Below are positions 1 to 11,881 of a stretch of 64,000 nucleotides of DNA, in pieces; the first letter of the stretch is position 1, and every line of letters begins with the position of its first letter. The notes beneath the pieces were generated by a model, which worked only from the letters and a program-made list of their open reading frames with translations, was not told where the DNA came from and did no database searches. The position numbers and the translations under genes are program-made. The DNA lies in assembly GCA_002189035.1 (NCBI GenBank), contig CM007991.1:2480001-2544000 (forward strand), in the 5' to 3' direction. Source of the stretch: Utricularia gibba (Eukaryota > Plantae > Magnoliophyta).

Positions 1-2
1 CT

Positions 3-137
3 ACTCTGATTTCATGGGTGCAATCTTTGTCTTATCTTTGTTCTCAAGGGAGTCACAGAAAAAGAGATGCATTAGCAGGAACTGCTTCTGGTAATAATGT
101 GAACATGAACTTGAATAGAACCAGTGCTAGGCTTTAG
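3..137 (+). CDS. possible 3' end of a gene entering from the left edge (unidentified)
   Basis: Open frame TLISWVQSLSYLCSQGSHRKRDALAG...RTSARL* ending in TAG at 135-137. No family motif recognised. Confidence 0.25.
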   Translation, partial: TLISWVQSLSYLCSQGSHRKRDALAGTASGNNVNMNLNRTSARL

Positions 138-434
138 ACGGCATTAGCAGGAGCACATGTAATTATTTCTCACAGGGAAATGGAAGAAATGTATACAGAT
201 TTTGGGAAAGAAATGACGAAAATAGGAACATTTTTTTGTGCATATCAACTAGACCAGACGAAAAACACCAGTTTACATGTAGATACAATCTATCAAGCCT
301 TGTGAATGAATATTTTTCTTCAACATCAACCCCAAACAAACATGACTGATATTTACACCTAGTGCATGCATTGAATCGTCTTCTTCTGTGAATAACGAAT
401 TTTGTCCGAAAAACGCAATCCTCAAGTAATGTGA

Positions 435-1786
435 TCACACTCTTTCTGAGGCGTCCATCCCAGAGGCAAGATTTTGAGGCCATGGAATGGAACTCATGGC
501 CGGGAAACAGCAGTTGCAGTCATCCAGGCATGCCCGTGGTGCATCTAAGGCATCTTTAAACGCAAAGATATGTCCATTGTCTGTGTGCCCTTTTGGTGCC
601 GACGCCTCACTGAGTGGTCCCCAACACTCCACCTTGTTGAATTCAGGAATGTTGGAATGGAAATAAACCCAGACAAGAGCACCTTGAAGCTCAGGGTAGC
701 TTTGCAACAAGTCCCAATCTCCATGGACAAATGCCTTGAGAACCTGAGTGACAAAATGAACCAGTTAGGCAAAGACAGCACATGCTACTCCCAATTATGA
801 ATCTTTAAGTCGAGGGAAGCAGAAGCATTTACCACTGGAAGCTCCTTGCTAAAAATGTAGTATCTCAACCGAGCAAAGAGGTCAAGGAAGAGATGGCCGC
901 CACTTATGTGACAATGGACATGAAGAGACATCATCCCCTTGATCTTCTTCCATTCTGCAACTACTTCGTCTCTCTGCAACCTGTTGTACCATCCTTGCAG
1001 CTGCAGCAGACATCCAAATTTCTTATTAATAATCCCTTTTGAATTGGGAGTCAAAACCACGTTTATACAGATTTGGACATCAAAAAGGGACCCATCTGAC
1101 GAAGGAGAAATATTTGAAAAAAAAGGAGCAGAAGCTGCCAAAATTGTTGAAGTGCAGTTGAGTAATATAATCAACTTCCTTGGCTTGCGTTTCCAATACT
1201 CAAACTCAGCCCCTTCCAACTGTTCGTGTGAAACACACTCCAAAATTTGACACGTCATCGCACAAAAACATCATTCACGTGTACAAACATGATTCATTAG
1301 CCCCCAAACACACTACGCGCAGTTCCCCTGCATCTCCTGGAACACGGATCTATACACCAATTTGATAAATTACCTGCGAATTGTTAATAGTTTGAGAAAC
1401 GGCAAGAGTCAGCTTGGCGGTGACATCGCTGTGTGTGAGCGTGTAAGTCCTCGGAAGATGTCCAGGATGCTTTTTCCCATCAACGCCCAAAAACAGAACT
1501 CTCAGCTTTGATGCCTCGAATATCGCAGGCCCGAATAATCTCGCAACCTGATGAGCCGATAAACCAAAGCACGGACATTTAAGCAAAACCGAGAATCAAA
1601 TAGAATATGGGTATGATCCAAAACCCCCGTGAAAAACAACAGAAACTTTAAAAAAAAAAAACTCACAGGGGCCATGGATCCATGATTCTTTCTGGGCCGT
1701 CTGATTGCTCTACGAAGAGCAGAGCATGAATCTTCTTCCAAGGGGGACAAAGGCTTGAGCTTTGAAGGGAGAATCAAAGTAGCCAT
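435..1786 (-). CDS. SGR: STAY-GREEN Mg-dechelatase (SGR1/NYE1 type), 4 exons
   Basis: Exons about 1786-1667, 1547-1374, 1003-833 and 743-435 with GT-AG borders. Peptides VARLFGPAIFEASKL, LPRTYTLTHSD, QRDEVVAEWKK, LHVHCHISGGH, FNKVECWGPL and the C-terminal Cys motif CLDDCNCCFP. Confidence 0.95.
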
Positions 1787-2080
1787 GTGTCGAACACCTC
1801 AAGGGCTGCGATCACGGCGAAGAGAAAGAGAGAATTTGAATAAGGCTTCGCCAAGATAGTATTTGTTCAAGGTTTTCGTCGCCTAAATAAAACGCTTTAC
1901 TCTTTCGCTTTTACAAGCCACCCCAACGTTGCTTTTGCTTGTGGACTTGGTACTGCTGGCTGGGTGTTGGTCTCGGAGTTCCAGGAAGACTTCCCCTCCC
2001 CCAAAGGCGGCTCCCCTCGTCGATGTGGATTCCCCATTTTAAACACAAAAACCGTTGAATTTCTTACCAGACCCATTTAC

Positions 2081-2248
2081 ACACGTGAGCGTCCCGACCT
2101 AAAACTCTAAATTTGAATTATCTTTTTCAATTTTTTGATTGGCTTCCTGCCCATCTACCTTCTTACATCGCCACACCATGAAATTAATTTTTCCAAGAAG
2201 ATTTTTTAAAAGATAACATTTAAAAATAGCAAGGTGACGCCACGTGTC
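2081..2248. promoter_or_regulatory. ABRE/G-box elements upstream of SGR
   Basis: ACACGTG at 2081-2087 and TGACGCCACGTGTC at 2235-2248, 300-460 bp upstream of the SGR ATG. SGR1 is a known ABF/ABI5 target. Confidence 0.5.
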
Positions 2249-2613
2249 ATGTAATGCAGCCTCAGTACAACCAAATACTGTGCGTTTTCGTACATATGAA
2301 GGCCCACGGGGGGATATGGATCCCTGCACCGACGGTTTATCGGGTCCTCCGGCGGGGCCCGTGAGAATATGGATCTGCACCGACGGCGGAATGAAGTTGC
2401 CGACGAATGTTGATCTCAAATCATTAATCTGGAATATTAATAATTTTGGGGGCAGCATTGCATGTGAACAATTATTTATATATTATTACATGTAGCTCCT
2501 CCGAGGAAGTATTCTGTGTTGGTTGGTGCAATGCCCCCTCCACTACAGATGTTCGTCAGAACTAGAGGTCCAGTGGGCCGCCGGCTGCCCCCTCCCTCCA
2601 CCTTGGATTGATT

Positions 2614-4897
2614 TCAGAAGTTGGGCTCGTCTGGTTTGAAAAGTTTGGGCATTCGTTCACCCGACTCCGTTAACTTCATCTTGTGAACGCCTCCCGCTTT
2701 CGTGGAAGGGGCCGACTCTTCATCGTCGTCGTAGTAGGCGCTGATGCTCTCTTGATGCATCAGTTCTTCCGCGACTATCCGTCTCCTGTGGCGTCTCCAA
2801 GCAGCCTGAAGGATGCAAGCCGCCCACGTTCTCCATTGGTGGGAGTAGTACCGGAAGACATGCTGTAGTTTCTTGCTGTGCAGGCGTTTGAATTGCGTGG
2901 CGAAGAACTTGAGGTCATCGGCACCCAGTGCAAACGCCTCCACCGGGGTTATGGATCGAACCGTGCGTGTGGACGCCGGCCGGTTGAGATTGGTGTTGGT
3001 CATCAGAGCCCATGTCAGCAGCTCCTCGCCGCACAAGTCGCCGGATTTCAGGGTGATGGAGTTGTAAAAACCTGATCTTCCTCCATCGGTGGTCGAGCTC
3101 TCTAGCTGCCCACGGATTATGAAGAGCATTTCGTTCACTGGATCTCCTTCACGCACGATGTATGTGCCCTTAGTGCTCAGTGATGAATCCAGACGCTCGC
3201 AGATCGCGTCCAGCAGCTGATCATCCATCTGTGAGAAGAAAGGCACCTACACACGACAAACCAGACCCATGGTCATGCTACAACCTCGCTGATGTTAAGT
3301 GAGCCATGGTTACTTACTCTTCGAACAAGACCTAAGCAGAGATGCTTCTGAATCTCCCGCCTGATATCCAAAGGGAGATCCAGCAAAATATCCCTTTCTC
3401 TGACTCCTCTGGTAGACACCCAGTTGTGCTGGACAAATGTCCGCACGCGCTCCTGTAGATCGAGCGGGAGTTGCCGGTGCCGCATCCATTCCTCTGTGTC
3501 TCTTCGCTTCACTCTCCACTCTTCGAGCCTCGCTGTGGTAGATTGCAGATATGTCTGCAACTCAGCATTAGCTTCCCCTCTTTGACTTGTGGAAATCTGA
3601 TTAAGGAACGAGTACCTGAACATTCCCTATAAGCAGAGCAAAAAAGACCAGTCCCATAAGACAAATCAGAATGCTGAACACTGTCTCAACGATATAGTCA
3701 CTTGCTTCCATGCTCTGTCCATAGGAACTGACAAAAGAAAGACAATGGCGTGGTTGAGGAACTGTAGACTGACTGCAAGGAGAGAGTGATAACACATTAC
3801 AAGTCACCTTAGACTCTTCATGCCAAACCACAGGCAATAAAAGTACTTCTCAATGAAACCCGCTGAGGCAACTTCATCATGCAAAGCATCAGCGAACAAT
3901 CCAAAATCAAAGCTTCCGTTTTTCCCATCACATTTGCTGAATATCTGAGTTGAATTGTACCAGAGATCACGATCATATCCTGAAGACCAGCAATCGAGAT
4001 AACCAACTCTGCAGAAACCACCACCTCTTTCAGCCCTGCACTCCTCCTTCCAGCATGAAAAAATTCTTTCCACAGACATCAAATGCCACACCGACCCAAT
4101 AACCTTGAACAAACAAACAGAGAGACAGATAGATAATGTAACTTCATGTGCGTTTTTGCATGTAAAGAATGCAACTTGTTGATAGCTACATGGCTTGCCA
4201 ACAAGTAGAGAATGAGATTGTAAGCGGCCCCTGTCCAAGCAGTTTTTGCAACTACACCGGTGTTCTTTATGATCCGAGCATTCAGGGGAAAAATCACAAT
4301 AAGGCGTGGAATGTATTGAAGAATGATGAGCAGGGAAATTGTATGGTTCACGTGATTGCTGGTTCTTGCTAGAGTAAACGGAGTTATTCCCCATACTACA
4401 CACTGTCAAGAACAGTGGATCAGTAAAACAAAAAATCAAATCAAGACATGCCCATGGGTGGGAATAGTGTGTACTTGGGGAAGAGGAAGAGCGGCAGCCA
4501 AATCAATGGCGAAATCTCCTTTCAAATACCGAATCGCAATCTTCCGAGGATCGACGACCAATTCACCCCTACCGAAGACCCTCGAGTTGGGCGCAACGTA
4601 GGCGGTGCGGAATTTCATGGCGATATGAAAAGCGGAGAAAAGGTCGCACGTAGTGCGGGTGATTACAAGGAAGCCGGTCCATGCGTAGTCCATGGTTATA
4701 CAATGCTGGTCGGATGAAAACCCAACAAGGTAGAAAAACAGAGGGTCCACGAAGAGAGCAATGAGGGATGTCAGGAAGAAAACTTGGTTCCATCGGTTAA
4801 CGAATTCCCCGCTGGGATCGAATATTCGATGCCGCCACGAACGTTCCCGGAGGAGGGAGGCGGGGTTGGCGAGAAGATAAAAACTGAGATTATTCAT
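2614..4897 (-). CDS. CNGC: cyclic nucleotide-gated channel (group III, CNGC16/18-like)
   Basis: DPLFFYL, KFRTAYVAPNSRVFGRGELV, pore SSYGQSM, IGNVQTYLQS, C-linker RRDTEEWMRHRQLP, CNBD YIVREGDPVNEMLFIIRG...STRTV and IQ-like WAACILQAAWRR. Exons join in frame. Confidence 0.95.
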
Positions 4898-5125
4898 CGC
4901 GGTGGCGGCGCATGCAAGCCGGCCGTGTTTCCAATCGGAAAACTCAATAAACGATGAACCTGAAATTTCTCAGGTGGACATCATCAAGCAATTCCCTCGG
5001 CATTGAAATGCATGATATTTTTTAGTAATTAAATAATACCAGTCTTTTATTAGAAACCGGTTAGGCCCAAATAAAATCAAGGCCCAATAACAGATAGAAA
5101 TGGAATCCCTTTCTTTTCATACAGC

Positions 5126-5136
5126 GGTTTGGTAGG
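5126..5136. promoter_or_regulatory. AC-element / M46RE-type secondary-wall MYB site upstream of KNAT7
   Basis: GGTTTGGTAGG (reverse CCTACCAAACC) contains GTTTGGTA, matching the MYB46 element consensus, about 360 bp before the KNAT7 ATG. Confidence 0.45.
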
Positions 5137-5492
5137 CGGCGCAGTGACTTCTACTTTGAACCTGCGCATATACATACATACACGCATCGATGTAAAGTTC
5201 TGGCTCACGGATTCTTGGTTGCAGAAAGCCTTCTCTCCCATACTCATGTAGACATGTAGACGTAAAAGTCTTCTCCGCTTCCAAATCCTTTGTCAGTTGT
5301 CACTTTTTAACATTACCAGAAGCAAATGCGGCTTTGCTTCTTGCGGCAAGAAAGAAATACTACTCTCTCTGATCAAAGAGGGTTCTATTTGTACTATACG
5401 TGAAATCCCTTCTCCGGGTTCGCCGACTTTCAGCGACCCAATCCTGAAAGAATCGATCTTTACCGTGTTTCTTTTTCTCCGTTTTTTGAAGT

Positions 5493-7478
5493 ATGCAAGA
5501 GCAAGTGATGAGCATGGTGGGTTCTCGTGCGGGAGTTTCCGATGCCCCCGTGATTGTTTCAGGCGAGCTCCACCATCAGATGAAGGCGGAGATCGCCGCT
5601 CATCCGTTGTTCGAAGAACTGCTTGGGATGCACGTAGCCTGTTTGCGGGTAGCTACTCCGATTGACCAACTCCCAATTCTTGATGCTCAGATTTCCCAAT
5701 CTCACCAAATCTTGACCTACTATGCACAAAGGGCCTCGAGCGCTTCCACTCCAGATGAAAATCAAGAGCTTGATAACTTCATGGTGGGCTCTCATTTTTC
5801 TCTCTATTTATTCCTTCTTGGGTATATCTCGTTGTTCCTCTTCGTGCGTCCTGGTGTGTGTTGGCTGCTATATTTTGTCCAAGAATTCTCAACCTTATGA
5901 TTATAGTACTCGTGCTTTGGGCTTGTGACAATGTTTATTCTTCTCTATTGGAGCAGGCTCAGTACATGCTAGTTTTGTGTTCATTTAGAGAACAGCTACA
6001 GCAACATGTCAGAGTTCATGCAGTTGAAGCTGTCATGGCGTGCCGTGAAATTGAGCAGAATTTGCAATCCCTAACTGGTAGTTTAATCAATTAATGCTCT
6101 GCCTCTCTCTCTCTCACACACACACTCCTACCTTTTATCATTTTCTGTCTTGTGTTAATGTATTAAATGCTAAAATCTTCATAATCCACATTTGAAATTT
6201 CGTGCTTCATCTTGAGATTTGGGCGCCCCCTGAAACCTGTTCATTTTCCTACTACCTATTGTATTTGAAGTTCAAGTAGATGTGGACAACTGAACTATGA
6301 ACATGGTAATAATGGGTAGCAAGATGAGCTAACGTAGCATCATTGGGAATTATTTCCTAATAGCTTGTCTGATTTATTCTCATAAGATATGGTAGATTTG
6401 GAATCAAGCCTGATTTTTGGGTGGGTGGTTGGATAAAGATGCCGGATTTGGTGGGGGTCTTGATGGTATGCCCCAACTAGAGGTTAGTGGAGCAGTTGCC
6501 TCCACCAATGATCGCTTACATCGATGGCATGGGTTTTTTTTTTTTTTTTTTTTTTTTTTTGATGAATGGAGTAGTAAATGACAAATGAAGTTGATGTTTT
6601 GTTCTCCTTTCTAATTTGTAGTTGGAGCAAGGAATTAAAAATTTTGAACAGTTGCAAAGTTAGGCCTTAGATAAGGTTAAGAAACTGGATAGGATCTGTT
6701 GCTGCAGAGACGTGGTTCTTCATATAGCATTTCCTTATTCCCGTCTATGCTGCTCCTTTGAAGATGAGTAGTTGTAGTGTCTTCTTGATGTTTTCAGAGT
6801 CTGTATATCCACCCTGTTGCTGCAAACTTGAGGCATCCTTTCAAGCATAAATTCTTCATTTCTCTGGAAACCAGGAGAAACCATAGGCGAAGAGATGGGA
6901 GCCACTATGTCTGATAATGAGGGGGAAACGCAAATGGATTTGTCGTTTGAACAAGCAAACAGTGATGTACATGATCTCATGGGATTTGGTCCATTGCTGC
7001 CAACAGAGTCAGAAAGGTTGTTAATGGAGAGAGTGAAGCAGGAGCTCAAGGTTGAGTTAAAAGAGGTATGCATAGCCCTTCATCTTCTAGCAAACGAAGC
7101 TCCAGTCCATTCAAGATCGTATCTTTCTCAACATTAGGGGTTTAAGTCGCGATTGAAGACGTCAGGGAGGAAATCTTACGCAAAAGAAGAGCTGGAAAGT
7201 TACCTGGTGATACAATAAGTGTGCTCAAGAACTGGTGGCAGCAACATCCAAATTGGCCTTATCCTACTGTAAGTGCATTCTAGTTGTTTATTTTAACTCT
7301 TGTTGCATATATTCAAATCCTACTTGTGTATTTTTAGGAAGAAGATAAGGCCAAACTGGCTGAGGAGACAGGGCTTCAGCTGAAGCAGATAAACAACTGG
7401 TTCATCAACCAGAGAAAAAGAAACTGGCATGGCATCTCACAGACATCAACTTCTCTCAAGTCCAAACGCAAGAGATGA
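5493..7478 (+). CDS. KNAT7: class II KNOX homeobox protein, with a 1-nt frameshift near 7150
   Basis: KNOX1 [14 protein letters not shown]...[14 protein letters not shown]2 ELDNFMAQY...[40 protein letters not shown]|GFKSR, homeodomain [12 protein letters not shown]...WPYPT|[30 protein letters not shown], and end SLKSKRKR*. Confidence 0.92.
6534..6560. repeat. T27 homopolymer in KNAT7 intron 2
   Basis: 27 consecutive T read directly from the sequence. Confidence 0.9.
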
Positions 7479-7717
7479 GACTAGAGAGCCATATAGAGTG
7501 CTCATAGTACAAGGCAAAACCAAAAAAAAAAAAAGCATACCCATATACATGTGTACTGGATTTTATCAGTGAACAATGTTCATAGAGAAGAAGAGATTTC
7601 ATTAGGCCATCCACCTTACACAAACCCAAGTATTGAACAAATGACACACAAGACTCAGTAGTCACAGACATCGATATGGATGGAGATTTTGCTGCATCAG
7701 GCTATTGATTCCTCCCT

Positions 7718-10210
7718 TCAACCTCTGAGCCTGTCTTGGAGGATTCTCACTCCCATGTACCTGAACACAACACCTCTTTTGTTAGTCCCAAAGTTTCATA
7801 TGAAACTACTGTTGAAGAAGTAACTCATACCTTCCGAGCATCATAACGGTTGCCTGAGGATTCGTGCCAGGCGAGTCATGAAAAGTGGATCCATCGATAA
7901 CACGAAGAGAGTCGACCCCGATGACCTTATACTCAGAATCAACTACCTTCCCTACCTGACAGCCACCATGATAATGCCATATAGTCATCACAGTATCCTT
8001 GCAGAAGCTCTCCAATGCTGTGTCCACCAAGAGCTCATTTATAGGTCCATGGGCTGTGCTGTTGAGGAGGGACTCAAGCTGGGGCGGAAGAACGTCGTAT
8101 CGAAAGGGGGAAAATGCCTTCGAGGCAATCACAGATTGGATGACCTTCACACCATCCACACACCTCTGAAGATCCTCTGGCTCCTTGAAGTAGTTAAACG
8201 TGACTGATGGGTTGTCATTAGGATTCTTGCTCTTGAGCTTTAGATAGCCTTTCGAAAGAGGACCCATGATCTTCTCGAGAATGAACCCTCCCTGTAAGCC
8301 AGCATTATCCAAAGCCGCAGTTGCCCTTGCCATCGCCTCCGGTGTCCTCTCCTTCGGCGGCACGCTCCACAGCTGCCCAATCTGTTCGTTCAAAAGATAA
8401 GCGGCTTCCATAGCAGAATGATGTGTAAATACAGAGCTGCATACCTTAGGAGACAGCATTGACAAGGATGAAGTAGGTGCGAAATTTTCTCCACTAGCAG
8501 CCTCAATGTAGCTTCCAAAACTCGTTATCCGACAACTTGAATGAGGGAAATTTCGACTGGTTTCGGGGAGGGAACGAAGATGGCGTTCATGGGGTTATCG
8601 GACATGCCCTGCCCAACCAAGGGCTGGTCCAAAACAAGGGATATGTTGTTGCCTTGGAGATGGCTTGATGGACCAACACCGCTCAGCATCAGCAGCTGTG
8701 GGCTCCCAAGTGCTCCAGCTGAGACTATGACCTCGTTCTTCAGGCCAGGCTTCAAGTAGGCCCTGTGCAGCATTCCTCTGGCGTCTCTGAAGATCACTCC
8801 TTCCGCCACCGGCCTCTTTGTCCCTGCCGATTACGACCATGGTATAATTGCAGCAAAAATAAGGTAATTGCACATCGCATTACCTCTATGTTTGAAGAGG
8901 ATTTTATAAACAGTGGCATGCAGGAGAACCGTGAGGCGTTTAGGATCCGCGTATTTCAATAGATCGGCCGCCGTGTGCCGCTCGCCGTCGGCGTCGAAAA
9001 TCGAACCGCCAACCTTCGTTCCCACCAAATGATCATACGTAAAGCCATGGTACGGACCCACCCCGACTTCCAGCAGCCCATCTCTCACCGCAGCCTGCCA
9101 CTGCTTCACCTGCGGCTGAAAGGCAACCATCTTCTCCACCCATTGGTACGAGGCCGTCACCAGCTTCGGGTCCCACCCAGCGGCGGCGATGTAGTCCGCA
9201 GAGGCACGCGTGTAGAAGCCAGCGTTGATGCAGCTACCGCCGCCAAGGACGCGGGCGCGGGCGTTGATGACGCCGTCCTCAGACACAAAGCGCTGAGACG
9301 GGGAGGCGTTGGTGACGTCGATGAGGGGTTTCCCGAAGGAGGACAGATAGGTGATGTTGGTGTTCCCGTACGGCGTGCCGCCCCGCTCGAGGAGGAGCAC
9401 GGTGGCACTCTGGGAAAGCGTAGCGGCGAGTGGGCAACCTGCTGTCCCCCGCCGATTATGATGTAGTCGTATGTGGACGACGCCGGAGCTGTCGTCGCCT
9501 GGCCCACGAAACTGTAATTTGGCACTGCAAATTTTTCACATCAGAAAACAAACCACAGTGAATGAATGAATGAATGCATAGAGTTAGAGAGTTAGACAGA
9601 CAGACACTCTGTTTTTTTTATTCCTATTTATATTTTAACCCATTAGTTTATTACAACAGTCCCTGGCGACACGTGTCACTAGGGGTATCTTCTGATTACT
9701 AAAAGAATCCACTCGGCGCCACGTGGCAGCGTTCTGTTGAATAATGCGACAAATGATGCAATAGAGCAGCAGCAGTAGCCTTCTCGGTAGTTGACATAAT
9801 TGATGATTACAGTTAAAAGATGAACTCCAAAAAACATCAAATTTCATGGAAATGATTTTTAATTCCAAATTGCAATGGAGAAAACTAACTCAAGTGTCAG
9901 GGGGGCGCAGACGAGCAGTCACACTCATCTCTTTGGTTAGAATCCTTTTTGTGTGTTGGGTTGTTGCATGATTCAGGGGTAAAAGAATGAGGAGGATCAA
10001 ATGCCTTACTGCTTACAAAGGAAAGGAAGAACATCCCCTGCGCTGCATATGAAGGAAGGGGAGATGGGTACCTTGCTCCAAGGAAGACGAGAAGCCATGG
10101 AAGAAGAGGATGCCGGCGAATGCGGCAAGCCGGAGGCTGCGGTGCAGGAGCCCGGCGGAGGAGAGCAGGGCGAAGAGGACGGCTCTGGCTCTCAGGAACC
10201 ACCACTCCAT
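7718..10210 (-). CDS. HOTHEAD-like GMC (FAD) oxidoreductase / mandelonitrile lyase-like, with two 1-nt frameshifts
   Basis: Signal-like exon 1 (10210-10072), PNYSF, DYIIIGGG[T]AGCPLAATLS, VLLLERGG, RARVLGGGSCINAGFY, SAGALGSPQLLMLSG, TIWHYHGGCQVG, DGSTFHDSPGTNPQATVMMLGR|YMG. Frame breaks at 9446-9450 and 8529-8530. Confidence 0.9.
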
Positions 10211-11234
10211 GGGTTTCCGTCTCTCTGTGTGTGTGAGTGAGTGAAGGAGAAGAAGGTGACGAGGGGAAGAAATAGCGAGATGAAACGACGGGTGGTGGAT
10301 GGAGGTAATAAATGCCGATCCCCGAGGTCCTCATCGCTACCGGTTAAAGTCATCATCCTCCGCCTCTGGTTATCTGTTTTTTACCGATCTTGTACCATTA
10401 AAAAAACCTGGTATGACTCATTACATAGTATTTTATTAAAAAGATAAAACATTTGGGGTCTGGTTTCATACTTTCCTTATGATTTTGCAGGGTAATGTGC
10501 AAATACTAATCGGTGGCGTGCCCCCGTGTCCGTGTCCGCGTCCCGTAGATTATGGGAGTAGCAGTTAAGTAAGTAGTTAGGTTAAGGTTATTGATAGACA
10601 GTAACATGTGATTGCCTCCATCATTTTTCAAGTTTACCGATGGGTTGGTCCTCCACACGGAGTGCATCAATCGGCTTGGGACCGGTGGAGAGCGTGGGAC
10701 TGTTAGCTAGTACCGGGCGTAGGGACTATTATCGACTACTACACCAGCAGCTACTGTCTCCGGCGCAACTGCATCACATTCCCATGCGCCGACGTGGAGA
10801 CGCTCCTGCTGCTTCCGGCCGGCCGGAGGGCGAGCTCGGAAGGGATAGATAGAAGACGTGGTGGTGGAAATTCGTCTGAAAAATATACCTGCATTCATGG
10901 GTTGCCGTCCTATCCCAGATTCGAACTGCATTCAAGAGGAGCTACTGGAGTTAATGCTCTTCACAAGCTACCGTCTACCGGGACACCCAGAACTCCGTAG
11001 TACACCTTTCGCGTGAGAGTTCATCATTGGATCGAATCATCGTCCTTCCCAATTATTAGTATTCGTCAGAAAAACAAAAAGAAAAAGGCAGAAAAACTCC
11101 TCCAGTTTGTTGCAGTATAGTACATAAGTGGCAGTGGGTTGCATCAGTCAAACACCATTATTGTTTAACTGCAACGCGCATAGGTTATACCCATTTTATT
11201 CAACTGCAAGGGATAGTCTTTCCTTCCTCATCAT

Positions 11235-11260
11235 CTTCTTCTTCTTCTTCTTCTTCTTCT
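11235..11260. repeat. (CTT)8 microsatellite
   Basis: Read directly from the sequence. Confidence 0.9.
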
Positions 11261-11881
11261 CATCCGATCGGATCTTGTTGCGTCAGATGATCCCCCCTGT
11301 GGTATTATATTATTCGATACGAGTGAATGAAACGTGTAGCAGGATCTATTCCTCCTTTATGTTTTTGTTTACAAAGGGGGGGGGAGCAATGGGAGCCAGT
11401 GGCAGATGCGGTTAAACGTCAACTGCATCATAATTACGCATCATCACGAAAAGGCTGGGTGAACATGGGGGGCGGGGACCCCCGATCGATCGGACGGACA
11501 CATTCCTACTGGTTTCAGTTCGACTGCACCCCTTACATGCCATGCCGTTCGTTTCAAGTTTCTAGAGACGCGGGTTCTCCTGCCTGATTGATTATGATGG
11601 AGTCTGATGACAATCTCCTTCTTTCGACTGTCAACCAGACGAATCTCCTTGGAGAGGATTATTAAAGAAAGAGGTGTTGGGCTTGCCTGCAACCCCACTC
11701 GATTGGACCAGCCCCAAGGTCTGACCTTTCTCCTTCCTGGCCTGGATCGCCATTTTTTTTTCTTTTTTGCCTGGCACCACTCTGATGAAGAGAGTGTGGT
11801 CTGAAATCTGATACATGGAGCTACAGGAGTAACAAAAGGAGTAATATTTAATCTCATGGGATCTATCAACAATCATCAACT

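Noticed and set aside
2099-2495. 119-aa and 83-aa ORFs between SGR and CNGC
   Set aside because: No motifs, non-ATG starts, and they overlap promoter-like sequence.
6534-6560. T27 run as a retroposon tail
   Set aside because: No target-site duplication or element body, and long A/T runs are common in introns throughout the window.
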